In this document: piece after piece, positions 27,765 to 40,902 of the stretch | Position numbering within the stretch: the first letter of the stretch is position 1 | Layout of the letters: each line of letters starts with the position of its first letter | Source of the DNA: Vermamoeba vermiformis | Lineage: Eukaryota | Length of the DNA: 64,000 nt | Assembly (NCBI GenBank): GCA_045837725.1 | Contig: JBEWZL010000205.1 | Coordinates: 1 to 64,000, forward strand | Reading direction: 5' to 3' | The notes under the pieces: generated by a model | The model's database searches: none | Seen by the model: the letters and a program-made list of their open reading frames with translations, nothing else | What the model was told of the DNA's origin: nothing | Position numbers and translations under genes: made by a program

Positions 27765-29053
27765 TTACAGATGGGAATGGTCCATTTTACACAAACAGCA
27801 GACTGAATTCTCCAAGAACCATTTGTCGATACATTGTGCGTGATAATGATGGCCGCACAACAATATGCGAATTAAATCGCCTTCTTTGTACTCGCACAAA
27901 CAGATAACGCAATCGACGTCCGCGCCTTCTTGCAAGAAATCTTGTTTGCTGTAGATCTTCGTCGGGATCGCCATAATTTGTCTCGTAGTAAGTCCTTTCT
28001 TAGCCGCTGTTATACGACCTGGTTGACCTCCCTATAATATTGCGTTAGTATCAATTTATAAGGTGCTAACAAGCAGTCTAAGCCATTTCTAAGGTCATTT
28101 CCAAAATAGGAAATAAAGGATCTTGTTCTCAGGGATCCAGAAGCCTTTAAATTTGTATAAATGTATTACCTGAGGGAACATTAACAACGGAGCACGTTCG
28201 TTAGGTCGCACGACGATGACTGCTGCGTTGTCAGGCTGGTTGATCTCGATCACCGCTCGATTTCGACGATAACGCGCGCAAACTCGGCAAACACCCGCGC
28301 AGAGCATTATAGCCACCCACATAATAAATAACAACACTTGCCAGTTATCTACAATGCAAGACAATAATTAACAAACTATTCGTAAAAACTGATCGGCAAT
28401 TCTTAATTTTGATTAAGGTTATGGCACGATCGTGCCTTAAATTATTCTAAATATCTATTATTGTACGCATTCGGTTCATAAATACTTACAAAAGTTGGAG
28501 TTTGAGTAACTTGGCGGTGGATTGTCGTATCTGAGTTCGCAAGTGCCATCAATTCCACATCGGTACAACGAGGACTATAATTAAATATTATTAGTGGTAT
28601 TGCTCGTACAAAAATTGGATGCTACTTACGTCGCAGCAGCTACCAGCCGAAGAATACGCAGATTGACAACAGATCGTGCCAGCTTGACAGCAATTTGCCC
28701 CGCAGCAAGTACCATTCCTATTGTACATACAATTGTTGCACGCTGATATTGACATTGGCGTCTTTCGTGGAGAGCCGTCTTCATCTTTTTCATTGGATTC
28801 TTCACAGAAACTCTGGCCATAAAAATATTAAATTATATTCAAAAGGAAATTATTGATAAATGGTAATTGAATGGATGTCAATTAGCACGCGTATAATAAA
28901 CTTTCGTGCTGATAGAACGAAATTAATAATTTTAAACTAAATTTGATTCTTGCTAATTAATAGCCCATTGAGTATTATTATCAATTAAATAATATTTACC
29001 ATACAAATGCAAGCTATGATGGCCAGTAAGACGATTAAATAGCGTGACTTCAT
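27765..29053 (-). CDS. transmembrane RING-H2 E3 ubiquitin ligase with Cys-rich ectodomain
   Basis: Signal peptide (MKSRYLIVLLAII), Cys-rich exon, TM helix, and CVICLCEY..LLCGHHYHAQCIDKWF..CCLC. Confidence 0.87.
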
Positions 29054-29664
29054 TTTGAGATCGCGTGCTTTCCGAAAAATAACTTAAATTCGCTTCACCT
29101 CATTCACTATTAATAGCAATAATATTTACAACTACAGAGGTGTAGTATACATATAAATGAATTATGAATGAATAAGCCGCATAAAACACGAAAAAAGCTG
29201 CTGGCTGAAAATTCGACAGACAACTCGTGCGAAAAAACGAAACATAAATATCTGTGTAATAATCAGTTTAGTATTTTAACTATATCTCCTCGCACAGCAC
29301 TTCAGTAGTTAGAATTATTTCGAAGATTGTACTTAGTAAGACTAGTGTGTTGGACTTGCGCTTCGAAGCTCATAATAACCCTACCTTCAGTCATGATAAT
29401 AATTTTACGCATATTATTATTATTGATCTCGTGGAAATTGTAGATGCCATCAGGAGAAAAAGTCTGGCTCATTCCTTACGGTATCAGGTGATTAGAACTG
29501 CTCTTAGACTACGATAGGTCTAGCTACTGCTCCTATCTATTATGTATTAAAACAAAATGAAACCGTTCGGAGTCTGATTATTCGACTGAAAAATACGGCA
29601 GAACTTTCAAACCTTAAACCTAAAAATAGTTGTTGCGCTCAATTGTACTGTTTGAATCACAACA

Positions 29665-30261
29665 ATGGCAACACAACTATCGTGTATATTATTTTGTTTA
29701 TTTGCTATAATCATTGGAGCAGTCCGTGCAGACTGGATACTAATGTCGGATTGCGCGGATGCGCAGTACCTTGGGTACCTTCGATCGTACAACGGCGATT
29801 GTGTCTTTGATATTACCAATACTACTGGCTCTTCATGGATTAAGTACAGCTGCAACGATGGATTAAACGCACAAAAATTCGTTTGTTCGGATTCTGGATG
29901 CAACAGTTGCGTTTCAGCTGGCCTCTATCCCCTGCGCCAATGTTCACCTAATCCTATTTATGGCTTTGTTATGTACCAATGCACGCGAGCTGAGCCCGAT
30001 TACTATACGCTAATGCACGGCGGGTACGCAATTAGTAAAACATACGTGAAACCAGATCAAAATACCCCCTTAGTGTCTTCGTACGCACTACCAACTAGCT
30101 ATTGTGGCAATGGCATGAACACCTACTGCTCGGAGCACAATCAAGTTATTTCGCACAGCGACTTCCCCAGAGACGGTTGTGCGGGCAAACCAGCGAAGAC
30201 AGACATACGTAACATTGGAATCTGGTACAATACTGCCATTTGGTACCCTTGCAAGCATTAG
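29665..30261 (+). CDS. small secreted Cys-rich protein, single exon
   Basis: 198-aa ORF with signal peptide, many Cys and downstream AATAAA. Confidence 0.75.
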   Translation: MATQLSCILFCLFAIIIGAVRADWILMSDCADAQYLGYLRSYNGDCVFDITNTTGSSWIKYSCNDGLNAQKFVCSDSGCNSCVSAGLYPLRQCSPNPIYGFVMYQCTRAEPDYYTLMHGGYAISKTYVKPDQNTPLVSSYALPTSYCGNGMNTYCSEHNQVISHSDFPRDGCAGKPAKTDIRNIGIWYNTAIWYPCKH

Positions 30262-30368
30262 ATCCGTCAGCCAGCCTGTAGAGTAGAATTTAATCAATAA
30301 AAAACAGAAAATATTGAGAATTGAAAGAAAAACCGCGTTACCGTAGATGCGATTAGCCTCATTTGACC

Positions 30369-32214
30369 ATGGAGCACAATACAAGCAAGTATATTTACAC
30401 GTTTAATTATTTGACACTGATTTAATTGTTTTACTCGCAGGTGAAATAGATTTGCTCACCGTTGCTCTTCCACGAGAATGTCTAGCGATTGTTATATCGT
30501 ATTTAGGCCTATTAGAACTCGCTAATTTATATGAAGCGTCAAAATTCTTTGCTACCTTGTTAGCATCGTCTACCGACTGGAAAAGATCCGTCGTGCAATT
30601 TTTTACTCAACGAGATCTCAATAATTTTCCAAATTATTCTCGTAATATCAATTGGCGCATCATGGTAATATTATCTATAATTATTATTGAATTATTCTTT
30701 TAATACTAAGCTCAAATTACAAGGCCAAACGCGTTGGCAGAATTACTGAGTGGCGAAAGTAAGAATCTCCATAATATTACTGACATTAGTCACATATTAC
30801 CGAATTTTTTGGAATTAATTTTGGAAACAGATCCCTGCGGTATGAAATTCGATCGGGATCGCCTTCAGACTCCACCGGTAGGTTACTTAATTTCGTATAG
30901 CAGTTATAAACGTATGTGTATATACTAATACTGCCGTAATCTTGTTAGAACAAGCATTAATTGAAAAACTGCCCCGAGTTTGTCAAGAATTACACGCGAC
31001 GTTGAATTTGGAGAAACCAAGGCAGTTAATTGCGCTATCGAATGAACATGTCGTGTTCGTAAGTACATATAGTATTTATAATCAAAAACTTAACGTACTC
31101 CTAGGGTGCAATTGAAAATTTTTTTAACTCAATGCTTTGAGATCCGCTGTTCACGTTATTCAAGACGCCCTCAGCTAATATTACTATAGATGGATTCTGC
31201 GAATGACCTCTCACCGTTAACGCTAGCACACGTCTATCGAATCCAACAAACTGGATGCGTGCTCGTAAAGTCAATCAGACGATGTACGGCCCATTATTGG
31301 CATAAAGACTTAAATATATTGGTTTTGTTGAAGCAAAAGGGGGTAAGTATTATGGTAGTTGCAGTGCCTCATATAATGCACTTGCATTCAATTTGGATCC
31401 GTTTGTAACGATTTCTTGTAGGTCGTTAAGCTTAATATGAGCGATGCTAGTCAAGAGTGTACGAGAGTATATGTTTTGCCATCGCTTTGGCGGAAAGGTA
31501 AGCAGATGAATTCTGACGCCCACGACGAAGATCCCTCCTCTCAAACTTTTATTCCCTAATTAGGACCGCATGGCTCAAGATCCGTAGTAAAACCAGTGAT
31601 TAACGACGTTAGAGAGGTCGATATAAATGGCGAGTTGAGCTTGATTGCTACAATTCAATCGGGAAACGTACTGGCATTCGTCAACCTGACTAGCAAACTA
31701 GTATTGAATGTTGTTCGTGATTCTAAAAGATCTCATTGGCTAAGCGGTTGTAAGTTACTTTTTTGCTGCGTCACTACCATTAGTCAATATCACGCACCTG
31801 CCGGCATTTTTGGATTCGGTCTTAACTTTTTTTTTGCAGCCAAAGTAGCGATATTGGTGAAATCCTCGCTGTCCGTCATCGATATTGCGCAAAAAGATAA
31901 AAATAAGCGAGTTTTAGTCGCTAATATTCAACATGCCACGCCGATCCTGGATTTCGTGCCAAACAAAACAGGCGAGATTTTGTTAGCGACATACAGCAAA
32001 AAGGCTTTAAAAATAAGAGTATGTTGATCAATTGCCAACAATGCATTAACTATTCTATTAGATCTGTTTGTGGCCACTCGGCGCACTGATTGACACCGGC
32101 ATCAGCTTCCCAGCTCCTGTTGTGCCTACTCTGGACCTGCAGTTGAAAGAAAATGAACAGGCTGTTATAATTAATAGGCAAATATACATTAAGTTATCCA
32201 AGCGGTTAGAGTAG
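30369..32214 (+). CDS. F-box protein, multi-exon, C-terminus uncharacterised
   Basis: DLLTVALPRECLAIVISYLGLLELANLYEASKFF (F-box-like) after a short first exon; several GT-AG introns. End approximate. Confidence 0.6.
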
Positions 32215-32324
32215 CGGCGACCCTACATCAAGCCAAACACTTAACTTTTTTGTTTAATCAATTCCAATGTAACTGGACTAAAGGTTTGAGCGGAGAAACA
32301 ATATTACGCAGTTTATCCCTTTTT

Positions 32325-33405
32325 TCAGTCATTATTAACCTCTCCTTCGCGTTCAACAATGTACAAGAATGTTTCTTCAGGTGGTTCTTCAGGACTAAAT
32401 AAAGCCCTTACATCCACTTCGCGTACGTTAAATTTGCTCGTCTTCGCGGCCTCCATAAATATATCTATTGTTTTCAAGTCACGCGCTTTGTAGCCGAGGA
32501 AAAACTTTCCATACGGCTTCAGTAACTGATCTACCGTATTTAACAGTAGAAGTGGTATTTCTAGATCTCGAGTGGATGGGTAGCTTGGAGTTATAATTTA
32601 ATACACATTAATATTTGCTAATCAAGTCTACTTACATTATGTCCGATCCGGTTATGAAATCGAATTTGCCGTACGTTTGAACTATCGCGCTAGCATCCGT
32701 TCCCCATTCGAGCGCTAAAACATCGGGCGGATCTGAAATATTGATTAGTATTTATATATTAATACGCCTTATTAGCAGTCTTACTTGGCAATTGATTCAA
32801 AATAACATTTTCTCGAATGAGATCGAGTACAGATTGGTCGCCGTCGGTCACAACGGTCTTTTTAGATACCTTAGATGCCAATATTCCGCACAAGCCTACG
32901 AAAATATTCAATTTGTAAATCAGTCTTCAACGCGGATGCAGCCGAAATGAGATCTATGATACTACGTACCAGTGCCAGCTCCAACTTCTAAAACAGTTTT
33001 ATCTGCAAATTTTTCTCTATTTTTAATCAAATACAAGCCCAGTACCATTGATGCCGGCCACACTTTATGACCCGTCACATCGGTTCCTTTGTCTAATAAA
33101 ACGTAATTCGAATTAAGGAATTTTAAAATGTATGATTTAACACTATATAAATATTTGTTACGTTAATCAACATTACGATCAGAGCTGGGTCTATTTAAAA
33201 ATAAATTTAAATTTGAAAAAGGATATTCCTCGCATTACTAAGAGATTTCTTATTGATACTCGCTCTCCTGCAAAATTAAATGTCTTCCTAACATATCTAG
33301 AATATTAAATATTATTAGATCGTCAAATCACCACAGAATCTTTTTTCAATCTGGATCTTGCCCTTTCTTATCCAGTAGTACGACGGATTCCTCTTCTTCG
33401 ATCAT
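32325..33405 (-). CDS. seven-beta-strand lysine methyltransferase (Methyltransf_16/METTL21-like)
   Basis: Motifs DVTGHKVWPASMVL, VLEVGAGTG, VTDGDQ, LEWG and FDFITGSD. Confidence 0.85.
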
Positions 33406-33698
33406 TTTCCAACAATTAATGTTGTTTCGTCTACTGCTCCTTCAATAGCTGTTGATTAAACAAAACTTAAATTTTTAGCCTTTTGTTCACCCATTAAAAA
33501 GCGCCACAATACGATAAGGCAAGCACAAAATATTTCCCATAATAAAGTCTTGCGAAAGGTTATGGTGCCGATGTAATTATTTAGGACCAAGAACAAACTA
33601 GGAAGGTCATTGCCGCTGGTTCAAACTCATTTAATAAATAATACACTGCAAGCTACTGTTATTAATAATACAACGTCAATTTTAATCACAATTCATTC

Positions 33699-34608
33699 TT
33701 ATTCGTTATTGTAATTAGTATTATTATTATTGTTGTTGTCCTCGTCGTGGTTGATTATAGACGAGGGAATCATTCGAGTTGAATTGCGTAAAGTGTCTAG
33801 CTTGCCATCTGCGACTAAGAATAGCATAATTATATTAGCCATTGATATATAATATACATTAGCAATTAGCACTTACAGAACTTGGCGACGCCCAAGAAGT
33901 TTTGCATATTTTCATCGGCAAAGATATTTGACACTGAAACTACTTTTTGCATGTATTTCTCTAGCTTTTTCCTCCTCGACTCTATGAAAGACTATAATTC
34001 AAATCATTAGAGAGGATATGAACTGAAATTCTCCTTCGATCGCAAGAAAAGATCCAGCCTTGAACGCCGAAAAAGATAAATTTTGCAAATTCTGCTTAAT
34101 AATAATCCGGCAATGATATTCTATACGCGATATAATGGTAGGTAATCATGAAAGATCTTTTCGGATCGAGACATTGAAATCTGAGTCGATATTTACCTTG
34201 TTCATTTTGCCAACTGCTTTTTTGCCTGGGAATCCAAATCCTTTGACCAGTGTGTGTGTTTTCAATAACTTGACAATATAATTAATTGGGTTAAAGTCAC
34301 GCAAATTAATTAGATGCGAAATTGAAAAATATAAAATTAATTGATTCCTGGATAGCCAATTAATGCTAATAAAATTTGTTAGCAATTGTATACATACCTG
34401 TCTATGAAGATTGAAGAATTCTCTGTACCTCCGTGCAATCACGATTTTTTCGGATGTTCCATCCTTCAGTTCTATAACTGCTTCAATATTATAGACCTTT
34501 TAAATAATATTAATACTAAAAATAAAATATTATTTTGATATTTACCGTGAAGTTCTTGGTTCCATTCTTGATATTCTGGAACGTTTTGATCACCACCGAA
34601 ACAGACAT
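33699..34608 (-). CDS. small PX-domain protein
   Basis: Spliced motifs TVYNIE, ARRYREFFNLHRQL, FPGKKAVG and FIESRRKKLEKYMQ. Confidence 0.85.
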
Positions 34609-34895
34609 AGTTTCTCGTCACTTAATTAAATTGATAAATTAAAGTACACTGCACTTGTTGTCCTCTATTTCGTTACCATCAAAATTGAAGCCCGAAATCA
34701 CAACGAAGATATGAAATGTTTGACAGCCGCAGATTTGCTTATTTGTTTGGGCATGTTGATGACCGGACGAGTAAGTATTTTAATATTTCGCAAGTTTATC
34801 AGGGAAATTAATGTACAATTGGTTTGCTGAATTTTATACATAGAAGAAATAAATTAAGATTTCTTCGCTGCAGCGCATCTGATCGATTTTCCGCT

Positions 34896-37800
34896 TTACG
34901 AGTGTTCACTACTTTGCATATTACTTCTACTAGGCGGTTCTTGATTTTGTTTCGCCTCGATCAGTCGTTGTTTCAGTGAACGGATCTTGTACTTCTTTTT
35001 GGCCAGGATGTTCTTCAACCGTTCAATTTGATCGTCTTTTTGTTTAATCGTTTCTAACAGCTCAATAACGCTAATGAACACAACATTAGTACAAAACTAT
35101 TAGCTTCAATGAGATTATTACCTCTTATTCTCCGCAGGGTCGTCAAAGTCTGTCGAGGTATTGGTCTGCTTGCTGACAGTCGTCACGGTGTTCGTCGTGT
35201 TGATCTGCAAGTTGAATTCCATGTCACTTTGCTTGTTGCGATTCTTGTACACTTCTTTCGTCTTAGGAATGAACACTACGGCTAGCGTGATCGCTATTGG
35301 CACGATGGTCGCCAAAGCTGGTCCTAAGAACACCGCTGTTGGATTTGGATCGCCCTCGGTGATGATCAACATGATTGGGATCAATATGAGACCACACACC
35401 GCGAATGTGAAGACAGCCACTGACAATGCCGTGAAATCTGGCATGGCAGGCTTGACGTTCCAAATCATGAAGCACAAGAACACGGTGAACAGCAGTAGTA
35501 AGCCCTGGTAACGATTAGCTACCCGACTACTTGTTTAAGTAAATATGTACCTTGTAGCCGAAGAGCGAATAGAAGATGATGTAGTTGAATTTGCACGACT
35601 GCACCGTTGCCGCGGGATTTGCAAGCGATGGGTACGACTCGACAGTACTATTCCCAACGAGACTGAACACGATCAATACACCCTGAATACGCTTGTTAGC
35701 GCCGTGGTGAGTAGCATTAAGCTGTGCTTACGATATCCACGCAAATGAAAGCTACTAAAATGAACAGTAGCCATCGATCACTGAGCTGCCTTCGCTTCAA
35801 TGTTTTGTTGCAGAAGATACGCCAGATGCGATACGTCTTCACAAACATTGAGCTACAAATCACGTTAGTATGTTATTAAACCACAGCTCTTATTAACGTA
35901 CCCTATGATCAATGCAAATCCCAAGCTGAGCAACCATACGCGCAAGTGACAGAACGCCTCAGTGAGTGGTCCAGCGAAGAAGTACACCGAGGCCAGGCAC
36001 AACACGAAGCCAACCAACATGATTATCAACAGCATCGGGCTTGCAATTCTGAACTCCTGTAACGAGCAAGGTTAGAACTCACGCACTCAGGATAATGGGG
36101 TACACGTACCTGTTTGTCCTTGAGCACACCGACTACCACGATAAAGCCAATCGAGATAACGGCCAGCAAGATAGCAATGGCAAAGAACACGTAGAACAGC
36201 ACATCAGATACAATGTGCGCACCAGGCAAGCAATACACATTGAGCGTGATTATCGCTGCCGGTGATGTCAGCTCTTTGTCACTGACGTTGAAGGTAAACA
36301 CATCGAGGCCCATGCCACACGTGTCCTTTGGCGGCGTGTACCTAACGCGACCTTTGCTATTGGTCAACAGGCCAGGCGCGGTCATCTCATCGATATTGTT
36401 GTCTTTTTCATCCACTTGAGTCAGCCAGCCATTGGCGGGTAATGTGTTGATCAAATACGTCACTGTGTCTCCATCAATGTCCTCGTGCGTCAATTGAACC
36501 ACAACGGAAAAGCTTTCATTCAACGACACATTCTGAGCCAGTGCTAAGGGCATATTGTTTCGTGGGGTAATGATGACTGGTGAAAAGTGTTAATAAGGAC
36601 CGCTACGGTAGCGGGTTGCTTCGACTTACTTGTCCTGTTCACGGCCAATGACTCGCGATTGCGATCGAACGGGCAATCGATGGATTTGTACTGGAAAGTA
36701 TCGCCGTCTGTAGTGTACACGTGTGGATAAGGAACGTACAGCACGTAGCCTTCATCGTTAGTCAACACTCCTCGTCGAGGGTCAACACTGCCGATCAATT
36801 TCACACCAGCAATCTGAGCAGGACCAGGAGAGGTGCACGCATTCAACGTCATCCGAATGCGATTTGTAGGGAACAAAGGCTCGCAGATCGAAGGCGCCCA
36901 TATCGTGACTGAAGGAGCTTGAACTGTAGCTTGTCCTTGCCACAGCGTCTACAGAAATAATTAGCTCTCGTCCTAGCACTGGTTAGTTACTTACACTCCA
37001 TAAGCCACTGTCCAAGTTGAATGCTGAGAGCGAGGTGACCATTCCAGGATTCAAGTTCTCGCACACTTCGATGGAATACACGAAGACAGCCGTCTCGTAC
37101 TCCAAATCAATCCAGTCATCCGCAGTCTGATTGACACAAGGCCACTCAGGCGCCCACGAGTTGACGTTGTCACCGTATGGAGGGTTGGGCGAGTCGTACC
37201 AGCTGGGTCTTCCAATCAACTTAAAAGGACTATAACTCGAGTTCAAGTATTCACCATTGAACGAACTAAAGTTCAATACATTGGAGACCCATTGCTCGAT
37301 TGGATATCGCACGTCCCACGACAAGTACGGGTCACTAATTGGTTTGTCGAACAAGAACGTGCCATCCTCAGCTACTTGATACAATACTCCTTTCTAAACA
37401 CGAAGTTAGCTCATGGATAACAAACGAAGAATATCGTACCTGTGGCAAGGTTGTAATGACACGAGCAACTGACGAGAACAGTAGGGAACTAGCATCTAAG
37501 CGTAACAAGACCGGCTCGTCCTCGCGGGTAGTGTAAATGTTAAACGCAGGTCCATCTGAAACTACGTATGATGGCTGAAAGGCTGCAAAGCCACCTCCAA
37601 GAACGAACGCGTTTGTCATTGGATCGACAAGTGCGGTAGAATTCGTCGTCGTATTGAATGTCGCAAACATAGATCTTTTCACGGCACCCATCGTAACGTT
37701 TGTCGAATTTGAACTCCACAAAGTACGTATGCCTTGCTTCGTGACATCGGGTGTAGTCTCTCCGACGCCATTGTTGAAGTCCCAATAAGCAACCAACAGT

Positions 37801-40652
37801 GGATTCTAAAATGTGTTGGCAGGTGCGTCAATACTTCGTTACATATTGTACTTACATCCTCTGCAGTTCGCGAGCGCATTGAAGTTGCCACTTGGACAGG
37901 AACTTGCCATATTCTGACTTCATCCATTCGACCAGCAAAGTAGTTGTTGTACGTTTGATTTGCAGACCATCCAGCACCAAGAATCAGTTGCTTCGGTAAA
38001 AACAATAGACTTCCGAGGCTTTTAGTTGCCAATATCGAGCCGTTAGAATAGAGGGCAACTTCCGATGATATCGTCGCTGCTACGTGCGTCCAGTAGGTCG
38101 TTTGCATGTTTGGAATGACTTCGCAGAGTGTGTTCACCCCGAGTGTCAAGTTTGTCATGGACATGCACAAGCGGAACGTCGAGTTGTTGTAGCTTAGATA
38201 CAGCCTCAAGCACTCACTGCCATTGTCGCATACTCCGGCAATGACCGTCTATTCAGCATTAGACGGGACACACATATGGCCGTTTGTAGAAAGACGTACC
38301 TGCTGTGGATTTGTACTCGCTACCCGAATCCACGCGCTGACCGTACCAAGTGCAGTGATTTGAGTCAAGTTTGGCTTTGTGGCGGCGTAGTTGTTAATTC
38401 CATTGAACTCCAATGCCCACAGTCCACTGCCAGCTAGTGGTCGCTGGTCTGACAGCTCAACTGTAATGTAGACTTGCGACGAAGTGCCGCTCCAAGTGCT
38501 AGAGCCACGCAGTGCACACGAGAACGACAATGAATCCTGGAAGTTCCGTAAGTTTGATACAGGTGTGTAAGCCACCGAATTAATGGGACTGTTGACCAAA
38601 GTGTTCGGTGCCACTATTGGCAATGACTTGTTGATCTCTGTCGCATTAGGCAGCTAATTATTCGTGTTAGTAATCCAACACTGCTTATCTAAGACAGCAT
38701 AACTTACGTGATAGATAGCTCCACTCGTCGGCAAAGCTGTAATAACGGGCTGAAGATCATTGCCGTTGATGTCATAACAAATGAGATTGATAATTGTATC
38801 CGCTTGTTGATAAGCTTTCGCAGTCAGGGCTACGGACGAAGCAGGCTGATTAGCAACGATAACAATCGTGCCACTCGCCGAACCTAAGAATGTCAGAACA
38901 AATTCACAACCTTCCATAGCATTGTACGTACCGTAGTCTGTCATCACCAAGTAGTCGAAAGAATCATACTTGGCGTCCGGAAATATCAGCTGCACGGGGT
39001 CGAAGTATAATGCACTTGACATGATTGGCCCAACAGTTGGTATATAAATTCTGTTTCCTCCAATGTACTGGTAAATGTTGTTGCTGGGCATGCGAGTGAT
39101 GGTTATGTTAACACCAGGACCCATGAACTCGTCCAAATAAATGTAAGGCAGGAAGATATCCCGACCGCTATCAACGTCCACATAGAATACCGCGGACGTA
39201 TCCTCGATGACCACTGGTGCTGTTGAAGGTCCGATGACCGGTGACATCGTAGCTGACGCGTTCAAAGTGTATGTCTCGAATAAATCCCAGTGCCCAAATG
39301 AACCAGTGTTGAGGGAAAAGGCATCAAGTAGTTGATTAGTCGACGTACGATTTGAATCGAAATCGTAATAGGATATCAGTCCCGTTGAGTTCCAGGACGG
39401 TATTGGATAGTGCATCCACTCGCGTATTTCCGCGCCTGTTACACGGGATTGGTCAGTACTCGTGTGATTTTCAATAATTAGGACGTAAAGTAAATCATAG
39501 TACGGCTTACAACGATAGGAAATGCGGATTTTAAACAGTATTCAAAGTTCGGAAAATTAAATTTGCCTAAACAAGGTGTGATATCACATACGTGTTCTGA
39601 GGGTGCCCCACACGCGTAACTCATCGATCATGCCTTGAAACGAGTACTGTGCATCAAATCCACGGCCAGGATTGGTCTGCGCATGGTAACACTGTTAAGA
39701 CTGCACATCGCTTTAGTATAAAAATGAGTTCATACCTGTAACTGACCGAGGATTAACGTGCCGCCGCTCTCGAACAGATTCCCTTTCGAGGACTCAAAGA
39801 ACGCTGTGGCCCACAGTTCTCCATCAATGTAAAACTGAAAAATGCCTGATAGCCCTGACCATACAAGTGCGTAGTGATGCCATGAATGCACGTCACTAAG
39901 AGTTTTTTATGGTTAAAAAAAGTCTATCAGAAGAATCAAGTCTCAACACGGCGAAACGTCAGATGGGATCGCGGATCAATGGTGAATCACGCGACTTGCC
40001 AAATTTGTCTGTCTAATGCAAGATTTTACTTACCTGAGGCCGGGCAGTCCTTGGTTGACCGTTCCGATGCTTCCAGGATTGGCAAATAAAAAATCTTGAC
40101 CCATCCAGCGGATTCCTTGTTTACCAAGCCATGCAAACCTGAAATAAAGCAAAAAATATGTTTAATACGTGATTCATTTCGTGTAGCACTTTGCTGAACA
40201 CCAAATAAACGTGATTAATGTTTCGGCTAGATTAAGATCAGTTTTAAGAAATTACATTAAATGCCGATAAATTCAATATAACAATTAATTTTATTCGATA
40301 AAATTGTTACCGATGCTTTGAGCATCAAGAAAACGATAATAGGAGTTTCACGTAATTATTAAAAATTGCTAATTAAATCAAAAATTTGGTATAAAACATA
40401 CCTCAAACCCATGCCAGGTGTTGCATATGATATTGGTGTAAATAAGGGGCTGAATGAGCGTGATTTTAGCCAAAACTCGATCGTGAGCAAGGATGTATTT
40501 GAGGTTTGAAAATTCTCGAACGCAATATAATCACCTGGTCGATAAAAGACCAGACTTCCTCCTGCTCCTCCAACACCTAATTCTTCAGTTTGAGCGAGGC
40601 AAATTACGCCATATAATAATAATAAAAAGATCACAGATCGAGCCGCACGCAT
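34896..40652 (-). CDS. class C (GABA-B-like) 7TM receptor with large LamG/pentraxin and Ig-like ectodomain
   Basis: Signal peptide; LamG motifs (LILGQ..FQGMIDELRVW, WTHVAAT..FAGRMDEVRIW); Big/cadherin-like repeats (D.DGD.VTY.I..LP..G.L); 7TM CHLRVWLLSLGFALIIGSMFVKTYRIWRIF..FIPK; C-terminal coiled coil. Confidence 0.85.
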
Positions 40653-40902
40653 TACGATCTATTGTCTATCTCCTTAGGGTCATTGTAATATAAATAATAA
40701 GAAATATATAAAGTTCGTGCTATACAGTCGCACGAGTGAGTTAAAAATGACCTTCCAAAATTGAACAATTAACAAATAACGGATAAATTTTCGTGGTGGT
40801 TTTCGAACACGGGCTTTCAACGATCATTGATCTTGCCCACCAAATCTTTTTGGCATGCATATGAGTAATTAAAAGAAGCGGGTTTATGTTTGTAGATCTG
40901 GT

